From: Candidatus Pacebacteria bacterium CG_4_10_14_3_um_filter_34_15
Lineage (GTDB): Bacteria > Patescibacteriota > Microgenomatia > UBA1400 > PJMF01
Assembly (NCBI GenBank): GCA_002783105.1
Contig: PFJN01000016.1
Coordinates: 15,034 to 79,033, forward strand
Reading direction: 5' to 3'
DNA length: 64,000 nucleotides
The notes under the pieces are model-generated. The model was not told the DNA's origin and made no database searches. It saw nothing but the letters and a program-made list of their open reading frames with translations. The position numbers were made by a program, and so were the translations under genes. This document shows, one piece after another, positions 60,385 to 64,000 of the stretch. The first letter of the stretch is position 1. Each line of letters opens with the position of its first letter.

Positions 60385-61083
60385 CTATCTGTAGCTTGCT
60401 TTGATGATCTTGTCACCGACTTCAATAGATTCTAGGACGTCCATACCTTCGACCAATTTTCCAAAAACTGCATGCTTCCCATCTAGGTGAGGTTGTGGGG
60501 CATATGTAATAAATATTTGACTACCACCGGTGTTTGGTCCTGAGTTAGCCATTGAAAGAATTCCAGCCGAATCATGTTTTAGTGTAGAATCGAATTCATC
60601 CATTATCTTATATCCTGGATCTCCCGTTCCCCAAATATTCTCGTTTCCTGCTATTTTTGTGAAAGGGTCACCGACTTGGGCCATAAATCCAGGGATGACT
60701 CTATGAAAAATAATTCCATCATAAAAACCGCTATCTATTAAGTCTAAGAAATTTGCTGTTGTAAGAGGTGTTTTGTCTCTATATAGATCAATGACTAGAG
60801 TACCTTTAGTTGTCTCAAAAACTGCTTGAGTGGCATCAATTTTTTTGAAATCTTCGATTGTTTTGTATTGTTTGTTTGGCATTGGCGAGGTTGTTTCCTT
60901 ATTAGTTAATTTAGTATCTGTCAATTCTATACCTGAATCATTATTATTTGGATCAAAATTTATTTTAATATCTTCTGGTAAATCTTTTGAAGTGTCAGCA
61001 TCTTCTGGGTTGGTACATCCGGAAAATAATATTGTAGTTGAAATCAGAAGGGTTGTAAGAGCAATTATTCGTGAGTTTTTCAT
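60385..61083 (-). CDS. cyclophilin-type peptidyl-prolyl isomerase, probable lipoprotein
   Basis: FHRVIPGFMAQ.GDP, SMANSGPNTGGSQ, HLDGKHAVFG; lipobox FSGC from ATG 61083. Confidence 0.92.
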   Translation of the reverse strand: MKNSRIIALTTLLISTTILFSGCTNPEDADTSKDLPEDIKINFDPNNNDSGIELTDTKLTNKETTSPMPNKQYKTIEDFKKIDATQAVFETTKGTLVIDLYRDKTPLTTANFLDLIDSGFYDGIIFHRVIPGFMAQVGDPFTKIAGNENIWGTGDPGYKIMDEFDSTLKHDSAGILSMANSGPNTGGSQIFITYAPQPHLDGKHAVFGKLVEGMDVLESIEVGDKIIKASYR

Positions 61084-61222
61084 ATATTTGTTAGTATACT
61101 TAAGAATCAAAGAGATGCAACTTTTAAATTGAAAAGTAGAACTGAAACTGCTAAAACACTCAAAATATACTACAATTGACTCAAGAATGTATTCTAAACA
61201 AAGATTGGTCTCAAAATAAACG

Positions 61223-61966
61223 ATGAAAACAATATTTATACTCCATGGTTGGGCTGTTAGAGGAGCTGAGGAAAACAAAAAAATGTGGCAACCATTTATA
61301 GACGAGTTGGAATCGAGTGGTTTGCAAGTAATTTTTCTAAAAATTCCTGGACTTTCAGCACCGTTAAATGAAGTTTGGAATATGGATAACTATTTATCTT
61401 GGCTTGATAGTGAGATCGATAAAAAACTTGGTAACAGCAAAGTCATTTTATTAGGGCATTCTTTTGGTGGACATTTGGCTATTAGATATGTAGCTCAAAA
61501 TCCCAAAAAAATTGGAGAACTAATCTTAGTGGATAGTTCTGGAATCAGAGACATGGCTTCAAAAGCAGTTATTAAAAGAACTATTTTCTTAATACTTGCA
61601 AAAGTTGGTAAAGTTTTTTTTAAGTCTGAATTTTTTAGAAACATTATTTACAAGTTTGCTAGAGAAACTGATTATAGAAATGCTCCGCCTTTATTAAGAA
61701 GAACGATGTCTAAAATTTTGGACGATGAAATTCTTAATGATTTGTCAAAAGTTAATTGTCCTACAAAAATAATTTGGGGAGAGAATGATTTAACTACTCC
61801 GGTTAAGCATGCTAGAAAAATGCATCAGTTAATTGTTAATAGTGAACTTGTTTTTATTAAAGAAGGCAGGCATTCACCTCAATTCACTCATTCAAAAGAA
61901 ACTGCAAAATTAGTCAATGATTTTATTTTAAAAAATACTGGTTGTGAAACTGAAGGGAATAAATGA
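61223..61966 (+). CDS. alpha/beta hydrolase
   Basis: LHGW, GHSFGG, WGENDL, GRH. Confidence 0.92.
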   Translation: MKTIFILHGWAVRGAEENKKMWQPFIDELESSGLQVIFLKIPGLSAPLNEVWNMDNYLSWLDSEIDKKLGNSKVILLGHSFGGHLAIRYVAQNPKKIGELILVDSSGIRDMASKAVIKRTIFLILAKVGKVFFKSEFFRNIIYKFARETDYRNAPPLLRRTMSKILDDEILNDLSKVNCPTKIIWGENDLTTPVKHARKMHQLIVNSELVFIKEGRHSPQFTHSKETAKLVNDFILKNTGCETEGNK

Positions 61967-63468
61967 AAACTCTTTCAATACTAGCAATCTTTTTTACATC
62001 ATTTTTTATTAGAGCGTTAAGATGGTTGGCGGTTGTTCAACAAAAAGAATATCGCATCGATAGATTAATTCTATTTATAAAATCTGACGAAGGCAAAAAA
62101 GAGCTGTTCAGAATATTTCCTCAAAAAAAAGATTTTTCAAGAACTGGCTTAAAGCGACCTAAAATAACTTCGCGAATATTAATTGTTACAATTATATTTA
62201 TAATCTTGTTTTCATTTTTAGTGACATGTTTAGTTGTAAAAAGTTTTGTATTTGGGAGTCTAGTTTTTATACTTTACATATTATTGGGTTTATTAATTTA
62301 TTTAATAATCACGCCAATATTAGTAATGATTTCAATTTTGCCGACAACTTTAATTGCTTTATTTAGAGTTTGGCTAGAATTATTATCCGCAAAAGCAAAA
62401 GTTAAAAAAATAAAACCAAATATCATTGGGATTACTGGAAGTTATGGAAAGACTTCTACAAAATTACTTTTAGCAACGGTTTTAGAAAAAAAATATAATG
62501 TTTTTAAAACTCCTAAATCATTTAATACTAAATTTTCTGTTGCTCAAAGTATCAATAAAGGATTTAAAAATCAAGAAATAATGATTCTTGAATATGGGGC
62601 CTACAAAAAAGGTGAGATAAAGACACTAGCATCGTGGTTTAAGCCGAATATGGCCATTATCACGGGTTTAGCGAAGCAACATCTGGGGTTATTTGGCAAT
62701 ATCGAAGCAATTATTGAAGCTAAATCTGAGCTAGTTAAATCTTTAGCTTCCGGTTCAGTTGTGATTTGGAACGGGAATGACAAAGGTGCTAAGAGAATTT
62801 GTGAAAAAGGAATAAGTGAAGATTCAATTTCAAAAGGCAATCTCGAAATTCTTGAAGCAAAAATCGATAACAAAAATTCCGTTACAATGAAGGCTCACTT
62901 AAACAAAGTTGGAAAACTTCAATTTGTTTTTGCTGGCCAGCAAGTTAATACTAATTTGCTAGGAATGCATTATCTCGAAATAATTGTAATGGTTATTTTA
63001 GTAGCTAAAAAGCTTGAAGTGAGTGACAAGGATATTGTTGAGGCAATTTCAAAATTTGTTCCTGACGACAAATTTATTTATTCATACAGCACAAAGACGG
63101 GAAGTTTAATAATTGACGATGGTGGATCAAGCAACTTAAATGGATTTGTTGCTGCAATTAACTTAGCTGCCCATATTAAGCATCCAAAAAAAGTTCTCAT
63201 TACTTCGGGAATTGTTGATTTGGGAAATGAATCAAACAGTATTCATACTGAATTAGCCAAAAAAGCATTTGAAATCTTCGACACAGTTTTTTATGTTGGA
63301 GAATCGGGGATTAAGCAATTTCAAAGCGTGTTTAAAGATAGGCTTTTTAGTGCTGAATCTGCAAGCGATCAAACTAGAATTATAAACTTTTTGTTAAACT
63401 TGACTTATTATGAGATGATTCTTATTGAGGGCAGAATACCTGGTTGGATAAAAAAATATTTAAAATAA
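61963..63468 (+). CDS. murF: MurF-like Mur ligase with N-terminal TM helices
   Basis: IGITGSYGKTSTK, SFNT, LEYGAY..GEI, IIDD..SN..G. Confidence 0.8.
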   Translation: MKTLSILAIFFTSFFIRALRWLAVVQQKEYRIDRLILFIKSDEGKKELFRIFPQKKDFSRTGLKRPKITSRILIVTIIFIILFSFLVTCLVVKSFVFGSLVFILYILLGLLIYLIITPILVMISILPTTLIALFRVWLELLSAKAKVKKIKPNIIGITGSYGKTSTKLLLATVLEKKYNVFKTPKSFNTKFSVAQSINKGFKNQEIMILEYGAYKKGEIKTLASWFKPNMAIITGLAKQHLGLFGNIEAIIEAKSELVKSLASGSVVIWNGNDKGAKRICEKGISEDSISKGNLEILEAKIDNKNSVTMKAHLNKVGKLQFVFAGQQVNTNLLGMHYLEIIVMVILVAKKLEVSDKDIVEAISKFVPDDKFIYSYSTKTGSLIIDDGGSSNLNGFVAAINLAAHIKHPKKVLITSGIVDLGNESNSIHTELAKKAFEIFDTVFYVGESGIKQFQSVFKDRLFSAESASDQTRIINFLLNLTYYEMILIEGRIPGWIKKYLK

Positions 63469-63469
63469 T

Positions 63470-64000
63470 ATGAACTCAATTTTTAACAGCTTAGGTTCAA
63501 ATTATTCTTTCAATTTTGTGATGCTTGCACTGAAACAAATTATTTCCGATAGTGATGATAATAATAGTATTGATGAACTACATAAATATTTAGAAAAAAC
63601 ATACAATGGAAATTCATATTTATTTTATAAGGGAAGGGATGCAATAGAGTTTTCTTTAAGGATTTTACTTTCAGAAAATGAGAAAGATTCAAATATTAAA
63701 GGAAAAGTCTTAACGCAAGCATTTAGTTGCTTCGCAGTCGAAGAGGGAATTAAAAGAGCTGGTGCAACTCCTGTATATGTTGATATTGATTCATACTCAA
63801 CCAACATGGCTGTTGAAACTTTGAATAAGGCATTCGCAAAAAACCCTGACTCAAAAGTAGTTCTTGTTCAGCATAGCTTGGGAATTCCGGTAGATATTGT
63901 TAGCATCAAAAAATGGTGTAAACAAAATAAGTTATTATTAATTGAGGATTTAGCTCAAGGAATTGGTGGCGTTGATTCAGTTGGAGAACACTTAGGTAAA
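63470..64000 (+). CDS. DegT/DnrJ-type PLP-dependent aminotransferase (runs off window; absent from ORF track)
   Basis: MNSIFNSLGSNY..., KGRDAI, QAFSC.AV...I..AGATPVYVDI, VQHSLG, LIEDLAQ. Confidence 0.85.
   Translation, partial: MNSIFNSLGSNYSFNFVMLALKQIISDSDDNNSIDELHKYLEKTYNGNSYLFYKGRDAIEFSLRILLSENEKDSNIKGKVLTQAFSCFAVEEGIKRAGATPVYVDIDSYSTNMAVETLNKAFAKNPDSKVVLVQHSLGIPVDIVSIKKWCKQNKLLLIEDLAQGIGGVDSVGEHLGK

Noticed and set aside
60385-61278. 297-aa cyclophilin as given in the ORF track
   Set aside because: The upstream extension overlaps the divergent hydrolase; ATG 61083 yields a proper lipoprotein signal with a nearby -10.
1731-63807. Many 60-180 aa antisense or overlapping ORFs in the track (e.g. 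1731-2195, 30223-30564, 46098-46649, 63625-63807)
   Set aside because: They are shadows of well-supported genes on the other strand or frame, with no motifs or start signals.
1-64000. tRNA/rRNA genes and stop-codon reassignment
   Set aside because: No T-loop or cloverleaf pattern was seen in the short spacers; conserved genes are intact in code 11, TGA ends genes and RF2 is present.

Overview
AT-rich bacterial chromosome segment using the standard code 11 (TGA serves as stop, RF2 present). Gene content points to a Patescibacteria/CPR organism, probably Microgenomates (inference from rpmD missing between rpsE and rplO, short AlaRS, a DUF4012 protein, a sortase, a baseplate-J-like membrane protein and a short citrate-synthase-fold protein). 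Positions 19.3-47.6 kb hold an uninterrupted rpoB-rpoC-str-S10-spc-alpha-rplM-rpsI supercluster. The flanks carry metabolic, envelope and cell-division genes. I found no rRNA, tRNA, CRISPR array, transposase or prophage. Main oddities: (1) a naturally circularly permuted DsbA; (2) an inverted pair of homologous long hairpins with an identical 21-nt core and divergent but still paired stems between sortase and yqgF; (3) CCC-N4/5-GGG mini-hairpins over the RBS of several ribosomal-operon genes; (4) REP-like palindromic modules shared by an intergenic region and a coding sequence; (5) a switch-like rpoB leader; (6) several apparently leaderless genes. All product calls come from motif recognition, not database searches.
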